From: Octopus vulgaris
Taxonomy: Eukaryota
Direction: 5' to 3'
Assembly (NCBI GenBank): GCA_951406725.2
Contig: OX597824.1
Location: forward strand, 92,256,001 to 92,320,000
Length of the DNA: 64,000 bases
The notes below the pieces were generated by a model, which did not search any database, was not told where the DNA came from, and saw only the letters and a program-made list of their open reading frames with translations. Below are positions 40,650 to 54,265 of the stretch, one piece after another. The translations under genes were made by a program, and so were the position numbers. Each line of letters opens with the position of its first letter. Positions within the stretch are counted from its first letter, which is position 1.

Positions 40650-41325
40650 GCCGTTGCGTGATGCACTCAGGGTCTCGATAACGGTATTAAAATGGTGACC
40701 TTGGAATTGCACTTTTATATTGGGAGGATACGAAAGTCCACATGTACTAACTCTGGCAAATAGGGCGGGTGAGGAAGCGATGCCATGTTGTATTTGGCAA
40801 GAAACTCACGAGCGATGAGAGCTCGGTTACATGGTGCATTGTCATCGTGAAGAATCCAGTTCTATGCGCTCCACAGAAACGGTCACTTTCACTGCATGCC
40901 CTTCCTCAAAGCGCCCCAAAACGACCGTTGACTGTCCTCTGGCAATCTTCATTCACAAGCCGAATATTCTCCACATTCCCGGAGGTGACACGCGTGGTAG
41001 ACCTTCCAGATAGTTCATCGTTTTCCAAGGAAGTTCTTTCGCTTTTGAAAGTCCCACGCCAATTTAAACAGTGTGTGAGCCCCATTGCCTCCTCAGTGTG
41101 AGTTTGTTCAAATATGCTCAATGTCTTTGTAACAGATTTCCTAATTTGAATGTAAAATTCCACGTTGGTTCCCTGTACCAAGTATATCTCTTGCGAAGCA
41201 AACACAGCAATGTTATTCAGCACAGTACCTTATGAAGGCCAAAGTTAGGTCTCTTTGTGCACGCAACCGTGTGCTGCCATCTGTTGACACGCTATAGAAC
41301 GGGCACAGGAAGTTTTTGATACCAC
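40650..41325 (-). mobile_element. Internally deleted mariner transposon (pseudogene)
   Basis: N-terminal HTH region (KSVTKTL...EEAMGLTHCLNW..TFKSERTSLENDELSGRSTT) joined to catalytic region WILHDDNAP...REFLAK...LPHPPYLPEL..VDF (cf. HDNAxPH and YSPDLAP). TIR-like gtggtatcaaaaacttcc at the 5' end. Confidence 0.85.
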
Positions 41326-41641
41326 TAAATATCAGTCAAATACTGTTGTCGGTGTAACAGACTGACACCCTTAGCCCTAGATTTCAGGACTTGTGCTTAT
41401 ATAACAGACAAAAGGAAAATTGCTGTTATCGACCATGTAGGGACGAAAGACAGTTTCGCCAATCAATAATTACACCCAAATTCCTCCATTCCCATCTCTG
41501 CTACCACACAATTCTAAACGACTTGTACAAATAACGATAATAAGAACACCAACAACAGTTCGCCGTAATGGCGACCGACTCATTTAGCATTCTATTGAAT
41601 TTATTGAGGTCTTTTCTCATACGAAATATTTCTGTATATCA

Positions 41642-41678
<37 letters not shown>

Positions 41679-41812
41679 TACACACACACATGTAAATACA
41701 CTCACACGCGGACACTCACATAACTATATGCATACGCACACGCACACACATATAAGTATATATGTATATATTTATGTATATATATATATATGTATATATG
41801 TATGTATGTATG

Positions 41813-41880
<68 letters not shown>

Positions 41881-41944
41881 TATACGCATCTGTATATTTA
41901 TGCATATGTTTTACAATCAAGTCATACATATATGTATATGCATG

Positions 41945-41981
<37 letters not shown>

Positions 41982-42480
41982 GTGTTTATGTTTGTGTCTA
42001 TATGTACGTGTGATGTGCATGCATTCAAATTTATGAATGCATACGCGCAAAGCTGTCTTCGTGGGTATATTTGTACAGAAGTTCGTACCGAGTGGTAGTT
42101 TGGTGTAGGATGAGGTGTGTTGCATATTTTCAAGAGTTTTGATGCTTCAGTAAACACTACAGGCTTTAAATCTGCCTTTTATGATTTTTGTATAAAAATT
42201 TATATATAAATTTTGTTTTTATACATAGTATCTCTTTTCCGTGTATTTTCCGTTGAGTGACAAAATAGGAGCTGGTTAAAAATAGTTTCGTATTCTTTTA
42301 TTCTTTATTCAGAACAACTCTTCTACGTTGCAGATGGGAACAAATGCATGAAACAAAGAGAGAAATATAATTTAGAGACGGTTCCTGAATGGCATTGTGC
42401 ACTTGTGTTTTTTTTCTTTCTTTTCTGTTATGATATATGTATGTATGTATATGTATATATGTATATATATATACACACAT

Positions 42481-42553
<73 letters not shown>

Positions 42554-42701
42554 CACGCACACATTAAATATATATGTGCTTGTCTGCTGAGAGTGTGTGT
42601 ATACATATGTATATTATATATCCAAATGCATATGTATATATACATACATATATATATATATTTATATATGTGTCTATATATATATATGTGTGTGTATATA
42701 G

Positions 42702-42753
<52 letters not shown>

Positions 42754-43016
42754 CTATATATATATATGTATGTATGTAAGTATGTATATATATGTAATCA
42801 TATGTGGAAAGACTACGGTTTAGGAGGGACAACAATAAAATTCAATACCAATTAAGGGACAGTCGTAAAGAATATGTCTGAAGACATTCTCAAAGACATA
42901 GTTAAACACACTCAAAACACCCATATCTACGCTAACAGATGGAAGAACCTACACATGCACATCTTTCTCCATTTTGTCTCACACACTCTTCACTAACTCT
43001 CTCTCTCTCTCTCTCT

Positions 43017-43070
<54 letters not shown>

Positions 43071-43659
43071 TTCTGTCCTCTTCTCTATCAGTGTAGCAGG
43101 CTGTCTATCTCTCTCAATGTCCCCATCTCTCTCACTTACTCTCTCGCTTTCTCTCTTAAACACACACATGCATTCATAAATTTAGGCACACACAAACTTA
43201 CTGGAGAAGGACTGAGTCGTCATAAAGTTTGTGTCTTGCTTCCTACACCAACCAAAGCCTCTGTTTCGACGTGGTTAAGTTCGTTATTGTTCTTTATTAT
43301 TTCATTTCTTTTTCTTGTTATTGTTGTCAGAAGTATCGGGGCTGCTGTTGCTACTGCTGCTACTTCTGCTGTTGCTACTCTATTCATTTATTTTTTCAGA
43401 CATTTATATGTATTATATTTTCCTTCGCAGGTTATAATTTTCTTTCAGTTTAACTTTCGCTTACTTTCTTTCATAAACTAATTTCAGTTTTTCTTTCGTT
43501 CATAAGCCTCCTCCCATTTTCTTTCAATTTCCATTGCTTTTCCTTCACTTTGTTATCTATTTATTGTCATTTTCCTCTCATCCTCTTCATCATCATCGTC
43601 TTGTTTTTATTATTGTGGTTGCCATTGTAGTGGTTCTTGTTGTTGTTCGTATTACTATT

Positions 43660-43790
43660 CCCATTATCATTATCCTCTTCTTTCAATTTTGCTTCTATTT
43701 CATGCCAAGTGTCTTCCCGACACCTAGAGCAAAGAAACTCACTGTATACATTGGTAGGCCATTAAAATAAACGCACCAGATTGTTCAGTT
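43660..43790 (-). mobile_element. 3' UTR tip of the Dong-like family seen at 26573-27110
   Basis: Reverse complement ttttaatggcctaccaat.tatacagt...aggtgtcgggaagacact matches 27007-27068. Confidence 0.7.
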
Positions 43791-43944
43791 ACAAAGGCTT
43801 GTAATAGATAAAAAGGGAGAAGTAATAAAGTAAAAAGAAGGAAGAAAATAAAGAAATAGGTAAAAAAAGGAAAAATGTAATGCAGAAAACAAATAAAAAA
43901 AGGGAAGAAAAGAAAGAAAATTCATATTATTGTTATTATTATTC

Positions 43945-44072
43945 CACCGTGGTTGACTTTGCCTTTCATCCTTCGGCGTCGATAAGATAAATACCAGTTG
44001 AGTACTGGGGTTGATGTGATCGCCTATACACATCCACAAAATTTCTAACCTTGTGCCTATAATAGTAGAAAG
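43945..44072 (+). mobile_element. SINE family S2 fragment
   Basis: gttgactttgcctttcatccttcggcgtcgataag...ccttgtgccta. Confidence 0.75.
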
Positions 44073-44109
<37 letters not shown>

Positions 44110-44729
44110 GAGTGAGCAGCGCATGTCATCAAAGTGACACTAGGGTAAAATATACGAAGCTCAGTATACCAGTCATGACTACCCGTCTAACAAGGGTACA
44201 TCAGGAACATACATCACAACAATATGTGCGTGACATGGTGATCATATATGAAGACAAACAGCGCATAACCTTGCAAGGGGGTGGTGGCAATTAGAGATTT
44301 CTTTAGGTCGAGTAGCCCATTCTGCTCAAAAGATCTGTGAATAAGGGTTGTTTAAGGAAGTTAAATGAAACATGCATGTTTCCAGAGCTGAATTATCTAA
44401 ACCCCAAAGAATCCCTCTCAACACATGGTTATGATGCTCCCCCACTACTTCTGCTCGTGATCAGAGATGCACATATCGTCAGCCATCAAATGACATCTTT
44501 TACCGGTGAAGGTCAAACAACTGACAAGCAAATCTGTGGTATTGAGCAGAATATTTGTTGTAGCCTATCTTTTATACCAGGACAAAATATGCACATAATG
44601 ATAACACTTCCAGTCAGTTAACATCAGAAGCCATGAGATCCACCATTTCGTAGTGCATGAGGGCATTCTGGTACTGCATTTACATCTTAACTCGCAGAAC
44701 CCTCAACTTTACTTCCTCCGGTTAATTCT

Positions 44730-45200
44730 GTACGCGCAGACAACAACCTGTTGTCATGTCTCTCACAAAATATCTTCCCACAATACGTAACACTCAAGCG
44801 CCAATCTCAAACCCTAGCTGTCCCCTAGGGAGCAGCTTTCTAAACATGTTCTACCTTTATGTCAATTCCAATCTCTCCGACATTAAACTCAAATATTGTT
44901 AGTTGTCTTCCTAATGACACCAGAACTATTTTGATGACGTCAGTTCCTATTTTCATTCCACACATTTGTGCGATTTCGTCTTTTAGTAGTTTATATTTTT
45001 TTTAAATGTCCACCTACGCGGGCGTTCATAAGTACGGAAATATATTTGATCTTGGTTTCCTTAATCCACTACAACAATATCTGGTCTCCGAGCATCAATT
45101 TCTAAATCATATTGGATTGTGAACTCCCATAGGAATTTTATACTCATTATTCTCAGTAACGCCTTCTCACGTTCCTAGCATTTCGGTGTTCTTTCATCAC
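44730..45200 (-). mobile_element. Degenerate R4/Dong RLE-domain fragment
   Basis: Minus strand EGVTENNEYKI(fs)LWEFTIQYDLEIDARRPDIVVVD...KYKLLKDEIAQM...GTARV, with stops and frameshifts. Confidence 0.75.
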
Positions 45201-45408
45201 CGTACTTTTTAGAAGTTTTTTCGCTGCCTTTTAGATCCCTTAATTTAATAAGAATCTTTCATCTGGCCAATTCCATTGCAATTTCGAATTGTCTGGAGAT
45301 AAACTGAAATGTTTTTTATGTTTCCATATTGGTCTCCGAATCAGATGCTGTAGCGGGCATATTATTATTTATATATATCATGTACAAGAACCACGTCCAT
45401 TATGATCT

Positions 45409-45460
<52 letters not shown>

Positions 45461-45545
45461 CAACAACAATAATAATGATGATGATGATGTCGATGATGAT
45501 GATGATGATGATCATAATAGTAATAATAATAATTATAATAATAAT

Positions 45546-45851
45546 GACAGCAAAAGGGGCTGATTGCTACCTAACTCAGATAACAGGGAACCCCAAAATG
45601 GCAGAAATTCAAGAGATAGTGCTCATGGGAACTGCTCATATCCTACGCAAAATACTTTCTATGTAATCTCAAGTTTTAAAACAAACATGATTTTCTTATG
45701 GTTTCTTAAACATTCTCTAGAACAAAACTAAGTACAAAACCAAATATATGGCACCCTAGTTATAACACCAACATGAACTTCCAACTTGTCTCTTGAGGTC
45801 TATGGGTGAGACTTGGAGCCGACTTGTACAAACGTAAAGCAAAAGTCAAAC

Positions 45852-45853
<2 letters not shown>
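45546..45853 (+). mobile_element. 5'-truncated R4/Dong element (ORF C-terminus and 3' UTR) inside (AAT)n
   Basis: AKGADCYLTQITGNPKMAEIQEIVLMGTAHILRKILSM* matches the IQ...L.GTA.ILRK.L C-terminal motif. (AAT)n on both sides. Confidence 0.85.
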
Positions 45854-45944
<91 letters not shown>

Positions 45945-46355
45945 CAACAACAATGATGATAATAATAACAACATCAACAACAACTACAATAACAGCAACA
46001 ACAGCGACTAGATAACAACAGACACAGTTGAAAGTAAAGATAACAGCATGTTGAGGCATCTGTTTGTGTGCTTCTCTGTATTCGGTTCGAATACAGTTTT
46101 TGTTTTGTCACATTTCATTGAGCTTGACAATATTTTTCAAGTGTGGTCTTGTCAATGGTGGAAATCTCGACCGCTAGAAATGGCAGAGATCCGCCTCTCC
46201 CTTACCAACCGTTATATAGATTAACAGTTCCAGCACAAGAGCTGGGGTCATGATTTGTCAGCGCGCTGGTTAGAAAATAATATAGCAATTGTCGCTAAAA
46301 TATGCATACATACACACACGCAGACACACACAAACGAACACATATGCTTACGCAC

Positions 46356-46458
<103 letters not shown>

Positions 46459-46609
46459 TATAAATATACAAATATACATACATACGTGTATATATATGTT
46501 TATATATATATATATATATATATATATTCATAAGCTCCTCTTAATGGCTTTCTACACGAACACACACACATACATATACATACATATGCACATATATATA
46601 TATATCCCT

Positions 46610-46696
<87 letters not shown>

Positions 46697-47239
46697 GTAT
46701 ATGTAAGCTTCCTCTTAATGGCTGACTATACACACACGCACACACACATATTTATATAGCTTTCTTTAAAAATATCTTAATTATGGTAGTGACATGTAAT
46801 CATGAATTCTTAATGAGAGGTTATCGAGTTACTGGATGTAATAAGCTCTTAACTCCATGGGAGGATTGCGTGAACGAGCATGTTATTGTGTTCAGAGCTC
46901 ATAAGCTATTTTCTAAACTGCATAGTGTGAGTTTACAGATACGAAGATATTTGTACATAAAGAGATGTTTTGCCAAATATAGAACAAGAGAACTATCATG
47001 TAAAGAGGATGAAAATAGTTGTGGAGAGTTAGAAGTAAATTTAAAATGGAAGATACAAAATGATTAAGCATATGAGACGTAAATAGTAACAGCGAAAAGG
47101 GTAAATGAAGGAGAAAATATGAATTGTCTCCGTTTGTTCTCTCTACGATTGAAAAGACTTCTGTCAAAATTTAAGGAGGTTTATGTCGATGTCGTGGTGT
47201 GTATACTGGAATGGATTTGTAGGCATTCTGTCTTTCATT

Positions 47240-47652
47240 TGCTTCAGTTATTTGACTGCGGCCATGCTGGAGGAACACCTTTCGTCAAATAAATCGACCA
47301 CAGGAATAATTCTTTGTAAGTCTTGTATTTTATTCTATCGGTTTCTTTAGCCAAACCGCTACGTTACGGGAACGTAAACACACCGAAATCGGTTGTCAAG
47401 TGACACTTGAAGGGCAAACACAGACACACAACCATTCACACAAACATACACTCATACACACGCACACAAACACACACACATATATATATACGACGGGTTT
47501 CTTTCAGTTTCTGTCTACCAAATCCACTCAGAAGGCTGTGGTCGACCCGAGGTTATGGTAGAAGACACTTGCCCAAGGTGCCACAATGTGCAACTGAACC
47601 CGGAACAATGTGGTTGGTAAGCAAGCTACTTATCACACAGGGACGCCTGCAC
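47240..47652 (-). mobile_element. Bipartite SINE family S1 copy
   Basis: Diverged reverse complement of 34767-35150. Confidence 0.85.
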
Positions 47653-47906
47653 CTACTAATGTGTGGGTACATGCAAGGGCATGTATGTTAGTGAATGTAT
47701 ATATGTGTTGTGATTGCGTAAATATTTCGAGGCAAGAGGTGAATATTAATAGGGGTGTATGTAGTGAGCGAACACGACTGAATGGCATCATATACACACG
47801 TATTATAAATGCTTGTATATTCATATATTATTTGTGCTGACAAACCACTGTATGGAAGTATGCACGCCATTACACAATGGACAAACACTCACACACATAT
47901 ACACAC

Positions 47907-47953
<47 letters not shown>

Positions 47954-47959
<6 letters not shown>

Positions 47960-48788
47960 TAATAATAAAGGGTGAAATTAATTAATTAGGGATAATTATC
48001 AATTACACCAAGTAGATTTCGGCATGTAAAAGCCCCATTCGAGGAAAATTTAAGTAATACTAAGTAATTAAGGGTTTAGCAACGAATTGCCTCACCAACA
48101 CACCGAATTTAGAAATAGCAGTCAAAGAGATATAGCTATTCCTTCTACTAAAAGGGGGATCTCAGTAAAAACACAGCACTTGAAAGGCAAACACAGACAG
48201 GTAAGAAAGAAAGAATGAAATGACGGCAATCTATCATGCAATTTTAAGTTACCTACGGACGTACGTTTCGAGATCAAGTTTTAGGATAGCATAAGAATTA
48301 GAAAATTCTACTTTACCCAAACTTCTTCTCTCATCGGCGCAGGATACGACAATTATGAATAATTGTATATTAAATTTTGAGATACTAGAATGCATCATCT
48401 CAACTCAGTGTCAGAGCGAGCCAAAGCATGACCAGTACCACGAAATTCAAAGTTTGAATGAAAGTTTGTGTCACCAGCCCCTTCCACCCGCGTGTAGCCA
48501 AGACAAAATGCTGCGGTCATTTACTGGGATAAAATATGGTTATCAGTAATAATAAAGGGTGAAATTAATTAATTAGGGATAATTATCAATTACACCAAGT
48601 AGATTTCGGCATGTAAAAGCCCCATTCGAGGAAAATTTACCTGTCTGTGTTTGCCTTTCAAGTGCTGTGTTTTTACTGAGATCCCCCTTTTAGTAGAAGG
48701 AATAGCTATATCTCTTTGACTGCTATTTCTAAATTCGGTGTGTTGGTGAGGCAATTCGTTGCTAAACCCTTAATTACTTAGTATTACT

Positions 48789-48790
<2 letters not shown>
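47954..48790 (-). mobile_element. ORF-less hammerhead-bearing element with terminal redundancy and inverted segment (Penelope-like/retrozyme-like), inside (TA)n
   Basis: 99-bp direct repeat 47954-48052 / 48541-48639; 154-bp inverted repeat 48051-48204 / 48637-48790; (TA)n on both flanks. Confidence 0.8.
48252..48343 (-). ncRNA. Type-I hammerhead ribozyme with extended stem II and CCGAUGA core
   Basis: CCTGCG-CCGATGA-GAGA-(~50-nt partly self-paired extension)-TCTC-GAA-ACGTACGT-C-CGTAGG: 6-bp stem I with one G-U pair, palindromic stem III, GUC triplet. Confidence 0.7.
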
Positions 48791-48829
<39 letters not shown>

Positions 48830-49902
48830 ATATAATTGTATATGTATGTGTGTGTGTGCGCATGTGTGTGTACATGTGTGTGTGAGTGTGTGTGTTTGTG
48901 TCTGCGTTTGTCTTCTAATTATTGCTTGACAACCGATGTATGTATATATATAAAGATATAGATATATACCTCTCTATACATAAAATGCATGTATATGAAT
49001 AAAATTGCATCATTTATAAATATTTATAAATACCCACATACATATATATGCATATAAATATATATATATATATAATATATACATATATAATATATACATA
49101 AATATATGTATATATAATATATACATTTATATATTTATACATATACATATGCAAACATACATACATACATGCATTACATACATAGAGTACAAAAAACGGA
49201 AAATTCATCATCCATTTTAGATTGCTGTTCATTAATTCCAAAGTCAATTCTTACGATTATACCGCTTCAAAATAGAATTATATGTAATTAGAAAGAAATT
49301 ATCACAATGAAATTATTTCCAAACACATGATTACGTATTCCAAAATAACATGCCATTTCCAAAATATATTACTGCTACCGGTTCGTTTCAGCATTAAGTG
49401 TTCCAGAGTTTATTTCACATTAAGACCCTTTCAAAATGCATAAGTAAATATTCAAATGAACACAATTACACAGGTACATATTTACGAAATACACAATGAG
49501 AATCCGATTCACTGCCATGTCCGTGTGTAATGGCTACCTGGTAGACTTTAATTAATCTATAGTGAATCTACGGAACGTAGCCTCTTAGTTTAACTTGCTA
49601 ACAAGGGAACTAATACTGTGTAGGTAATAGACCCATGTTCAATACTGATATAAGATTTTTTTTTAGTGTATGCTTGAAACATTGGAATGTATGTTTTATA
49701 AATAATCTTTTCTACTCGAGCTACAAGGCCCGACATTTTTGTCAATTAGATCTACTCCAGTACGCACCTGGTACCTAATTTATCGACCCCGAAAGGAAGA
49801 AAGGCAAAGTCAACCTCGGCGGAATGATAAAGGTCTTACGGAGCTTAGTCACGGGCCCAACATTTCTTTAACAATAAACAGTTGTTGTTATTATTATTAT
49901 CA

Positions 49903-50002
<100 letters not shown>

Positions 50003-50259
50003 CATCATCATTATTATTATTATTATTATAACACTCCAACTGCATTTTAAACAGTGAAAATTCGAATTTTCATTAAAGAAAATGAAAGAGGATTTGTAGA
50101 GGGTATGACTTAAAGGACTCCATAGGCATTTCTTGCCGGCCAACACATCAACTTACTCTTAATAACGGAAACTTAGTGTCGGGAGACGATTTCTGCTTCC
50201 CAGCCACATCGCTAGTGGAGGGACGAGTGTTACAAACACTGTCCGCATTGTTAATTTGA

Positions 50260-50496
50260 GGAAGGTCAGCAGTCCCGATGCAGACCAGCCGCCCTCTCTC
50301 TCAATGTTAGTGATGTTGTCCAAGAGAAAGGCAAAGACTGATACAGCTTGGCACCAGTGACGTCGGAACTCATTTCTACAGCTGAGTCAACTGGGACAAC
50401 GTGAAATAAAGTGTTTTGCTCAAGAAACCCGGTCCGGGAATCGAACTCACAACTTCACGATCATATGCTCGGCGCTCGAAACACTGAGCCATGAGC
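50260..50496 (-). mobile_element. tRNA-derived SINE (family S4)
   Basis: Minus strand gctcatggctcagtg...gagttcgattcccggacc head, then ttgagcaaaacactttatttcacgttg. The tail resembles 9110-9180. Confidence 0.75.
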
Positions 50497-50502
50497 TTTC
50501 AC

Positions 50503-50558
<56 letters not shown>

Positions 50559-50860
50559 CAGTAGTAGTAGCAGTAGTAGCAGTAGCAGCAGCAGTAGTAG
50601 TAATAGTAGTAGTAGTATTAATAGTAGTAGTTGTGGTATTAATAGTAGTAATAGTAGTAGTATTAGCAGCAGCAGCAGTTGCAGTAGTAGTAGTAGTGGT
50701 GGTGGGGGTAGTAGTAGTAGTAGTAATAGTAGTAGCAGTAGTAGTAGTAGTAGTGGTGGTGGTGGTGTGTCGGTTGTAGTAGTAGTAGCAGTAGTAGTAT
50801 TAGTAGTGATGGTGGTGGCGGCGGTTGTAGTAGTAGTAGTAGCAGCAGCAGCAGTAGCCA
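50503..50860. repeat. Compound (AGT)n/(AGC)n microsatellite
   Basis: Directly visible. Confidence 0.95.
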
Positions 50861-51304
50861 CGGCGGGGGAAGAGATAGCTTGTTTTTAATAGCAGCAGTA
50901 GAAGTCGCGGCAGCAGAAGCCTGGGTGCCCGAGCACCAGAGACATACGAAAATAACTAAGAAATCTTTATGAATACCGCTTGATGGAAATATTCAAAGTG
51001 GTGTAACGGTTATTTAATATTTCTTTTCACATTTCTTAATTTGGTAATAATAGCTAATTGAATGAATTAATCATTCAAGAAACGAGAGAATGAAGGAAAG
51101 AAAGAATAAAAGATAGCGTTTTCTTGATTTTTTTTTGTTGTTTTTATTTATTTACATTTTTCTTCTCAATGATTGAAGAAAGTTTGCTTGAGGAGAGAAG
51201 ACATATATAAAAAAAAAACGGTATTACAAAATGGAAAGAGAATGAGTGTAGGGAAACTTATGTAAGAACAACAACAACAACAACAACAGCAATAACAACA
51301 ACAA

Positions 51305-51338
51305 TACTATTATTATTATTATTATCATTATTATTATG

Positions 51339-51385
<47 letters not shown>

Positions 51386-51541
51386 TATTACTATTATTAT
51401 TATTATTATTATTATTATCATTATTATTATTATTATTATTGTTACTATTATTATTATTATTATTATTATTATAAAATTAGACACATATCAACACGCATTT
51501 ACATAAGTACACATATAAACATCAATATTTATATCAATAAA

Positions 51542-51582
<41 letters not shown>

Positions 51583-51584
51583 TA

Positions 51585-51672
<88 letters not shown>

Positions 51673-51687
51673 CATTATTATTATTAC

Positions 51688-51736
<49 letters not shown>

Positions 51737-51812
51737 AAATTAGACACATATCAACACACATTTACATAAGTACGCATATAAACATCAATATTTATATCAA
51801 TAAAATATACAT
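51305..51812. repeat. Tandem duplication of (ATT)n plus an 80-bp unique segment
   Basis: ataaaattagacacatatcaacac...atcaataaaatatacata at about 51471 and 51734. Confidence 0.85.
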
Positions 51813-51933
51813 ACTTACATATATATATATACAAATATACACAATACACATATGTATGTATGCAGCATTCGTATATATGTATTCACACATTATGACATAC
51901 AAAGACACACGCTATATATATATATACATACTT

Positions 51934-51989
<56 letters not shown>

Positions 51990-52840
51990 GTTGACGTTTG
52001 AGTGTGTTTAAAGAGCGTCGTAGAAGAAGTAGAGGGTGATGGTTGTGAATGAAAGCGATCATATAAATGAAAGAATGACTGAATGGAAAACAAGATAATG
52101 AAGTATTAAAAAATACACTCAGACACACAACAAAATATCTAAACGATAAATTAAAACTGTAAAGAAAAGTTAAGAAAGCGAGACATGTCTAGGAAATGAA
52201 AGTTCACAATAAGAAAAAAAAAATGCTGTTAGAATACATTTATAAAGAGAAAATGATAAAATGAAAACGTTTAAGTTTTTCTGAAAATGTTTTTTTTTCA
52301 GTATATATTTTAAAAAATGTAATGTTGAAATATAGAAAAACGTTGGAAGAAAACCATTAAAAACATATAGTAAATAGGACGAATGAATAGAAGTTGTGGA
52401 GATATCAACATTTTTATGATGGTTAAAAAGACTGGAGTAGTTAAAATTTTGAGTTAATAATAGCTACACCGATGGATAATTGCACAATATCAAATTTTAG
52501 AAAGATCAAATACAAGGTGTTATTGCTTCTCACGAGTTTAGCCCTGTTGTCAAAGATCTACGATGTGAAGGATTCCATCCATAAATGGGAATGAATTTCC
52601 ATGGCTACTGTTAATACACATGATTTGATATTGTTGAGTGAAGTGGCTCATCATAAAAAATAATTGAAGTTTGCAGATGAACAGGTGAGTATAATTACAT
52701 GTAAATGATCATGATGTAATACATTCGACTCCTTGACATCTCACTTAAACCAAGGAAAAGCCACAAAAACAAAAATAGATTTTTGAGGAAGAACATAAAC
52801 GGAGTAGGAAAAGGTAAGACTATACATAATAAAAGGAACA

Positions 52841-53540
52841 GTCGATTATATCGACCCCAGTGCGTAACTAGTACGTAATTTATCGACCCCGAAACAAGGA
52901 AATTCAATGTCAGCCGCGGTGGAATTTGAACTGAGAACGTAACGGCAGAGGAAATACCTATTTCTTTACTACCCAAAAGGGGCCAAACTCAGGGAGACAA
53001 ACAAGGACAGACAGACGGTTTAAGTCGATTATATCGACCCCAGTGCGTAACTAGTACTTAATTTATCGACCCCGAAACAAGGAAATTCAATGTCAACCGC
53101 GGTGGAATTTGAACTGAGAACGTAACGGCAGAGGAAATACCTATTTCTTTACTACCCAAAAGGGGCCAAACTCAGGGAGACAAACAAGGACAGACAGACG
53201 GTTTAAGTCGATTATATCGACCCCAGTGCGTAACTAGTACTTAATTTATCGACCCCGAAACGAGGAAATACAATGTCAACCTCGGTGGACTTTGAACTCA
53301 GAACGTAACGGCCGACGAAATACCTATCTCTTTACTACCCAAAGGGGGCCAAACTCAGGGGAGACAAACAAGGACAGACAGACGGTTTAAGTCGATTATA
53401 TCGACCCCAGTGCGTAACTGGTACTTAATTTATCGACCCCGAAAGGATGAAAGGCGGAATTTGAACTCAGAACGTAGCGGCAGACGAAATACCGCTAAGC
53501 ATTTCACCTACCGTGCTAACGTTTCTACGAGCTCGCCGAC
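52841..53540 (-). mobile_element. SINE family S2 with tandem 183-bp body units
   Basis: Unit starts (gtcgattatatcgaccccagtgcg) at 52841, 53024, 53207 and 53391; head at about 53460-53540. Confidence 0.9.
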
Positions 53541-53557
53541 TTTACATTAGAAAAGAA

Positions 53558-53744
53558 TATTCTTTTCTACTGTAGACACAAAGCTTGAAATTTTGGGGGA
53601 AGAGGTCAGTCGATTAGATCGACCCCAGTACGCAACTGGTACTTGATTTATAGACCCCGATATGATGAAAGGTATAGTCGAACTTGACGGAATTTGAACT
53701 CAGAATGTAAAGGCTTGCTAACGTTTCTGCCACCTCGCCGCCTT
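53558..53744 (-). mobile_element. Short monomeric SINE family S2 copy
   Basis: Reverse complement of S2 head, body and tail. Confidence 0.8.
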
Positions 53745-54222
53745 GCGCATATAAGCATATCGACAAAGAAATAAACGAATAGGCAGATAGACTGATACCT
53801 AGATAAAGAGACACAAATAAACTTGAAAAAGTATAATAAGCTTAAAATGAATCGTCAGCTTTAAACATAATGAATATCTTCTACGTACGAAGAATCTTAT
53901 TGCTATGATTTCTACGACATAAATCCCCTGTTTTATCTACTCAGCGTTTCGAAGGAAATGCGACAACTGATGAGGGGGTTGTTCTTTATGTTGCCTCCAT
54001 CGTTTCTACGCATATATATATATGTAGGTATGGACATGTACGTATATATATATATATATATATATATCATTATATTCTCGAACCCCACGCATCCATTTTC
54101 AAGTATATATTAATATATACACACACACACACGCACACACATATATAAATATGCATATATATATATACATACTTACATGCACACACTTGCACGCCCACAT
54201 ACTCACGCACACACACACATAC

Positions 54223-54265
<43 letters not shown>

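Noticed and set aside
52841-53460. Regularly spaced repeats suggesting a CRISPR array
   Set aside because: Whole 183-bp units repeat with no unique spacers; the context is a eukaryotic SINE with no cas genes.
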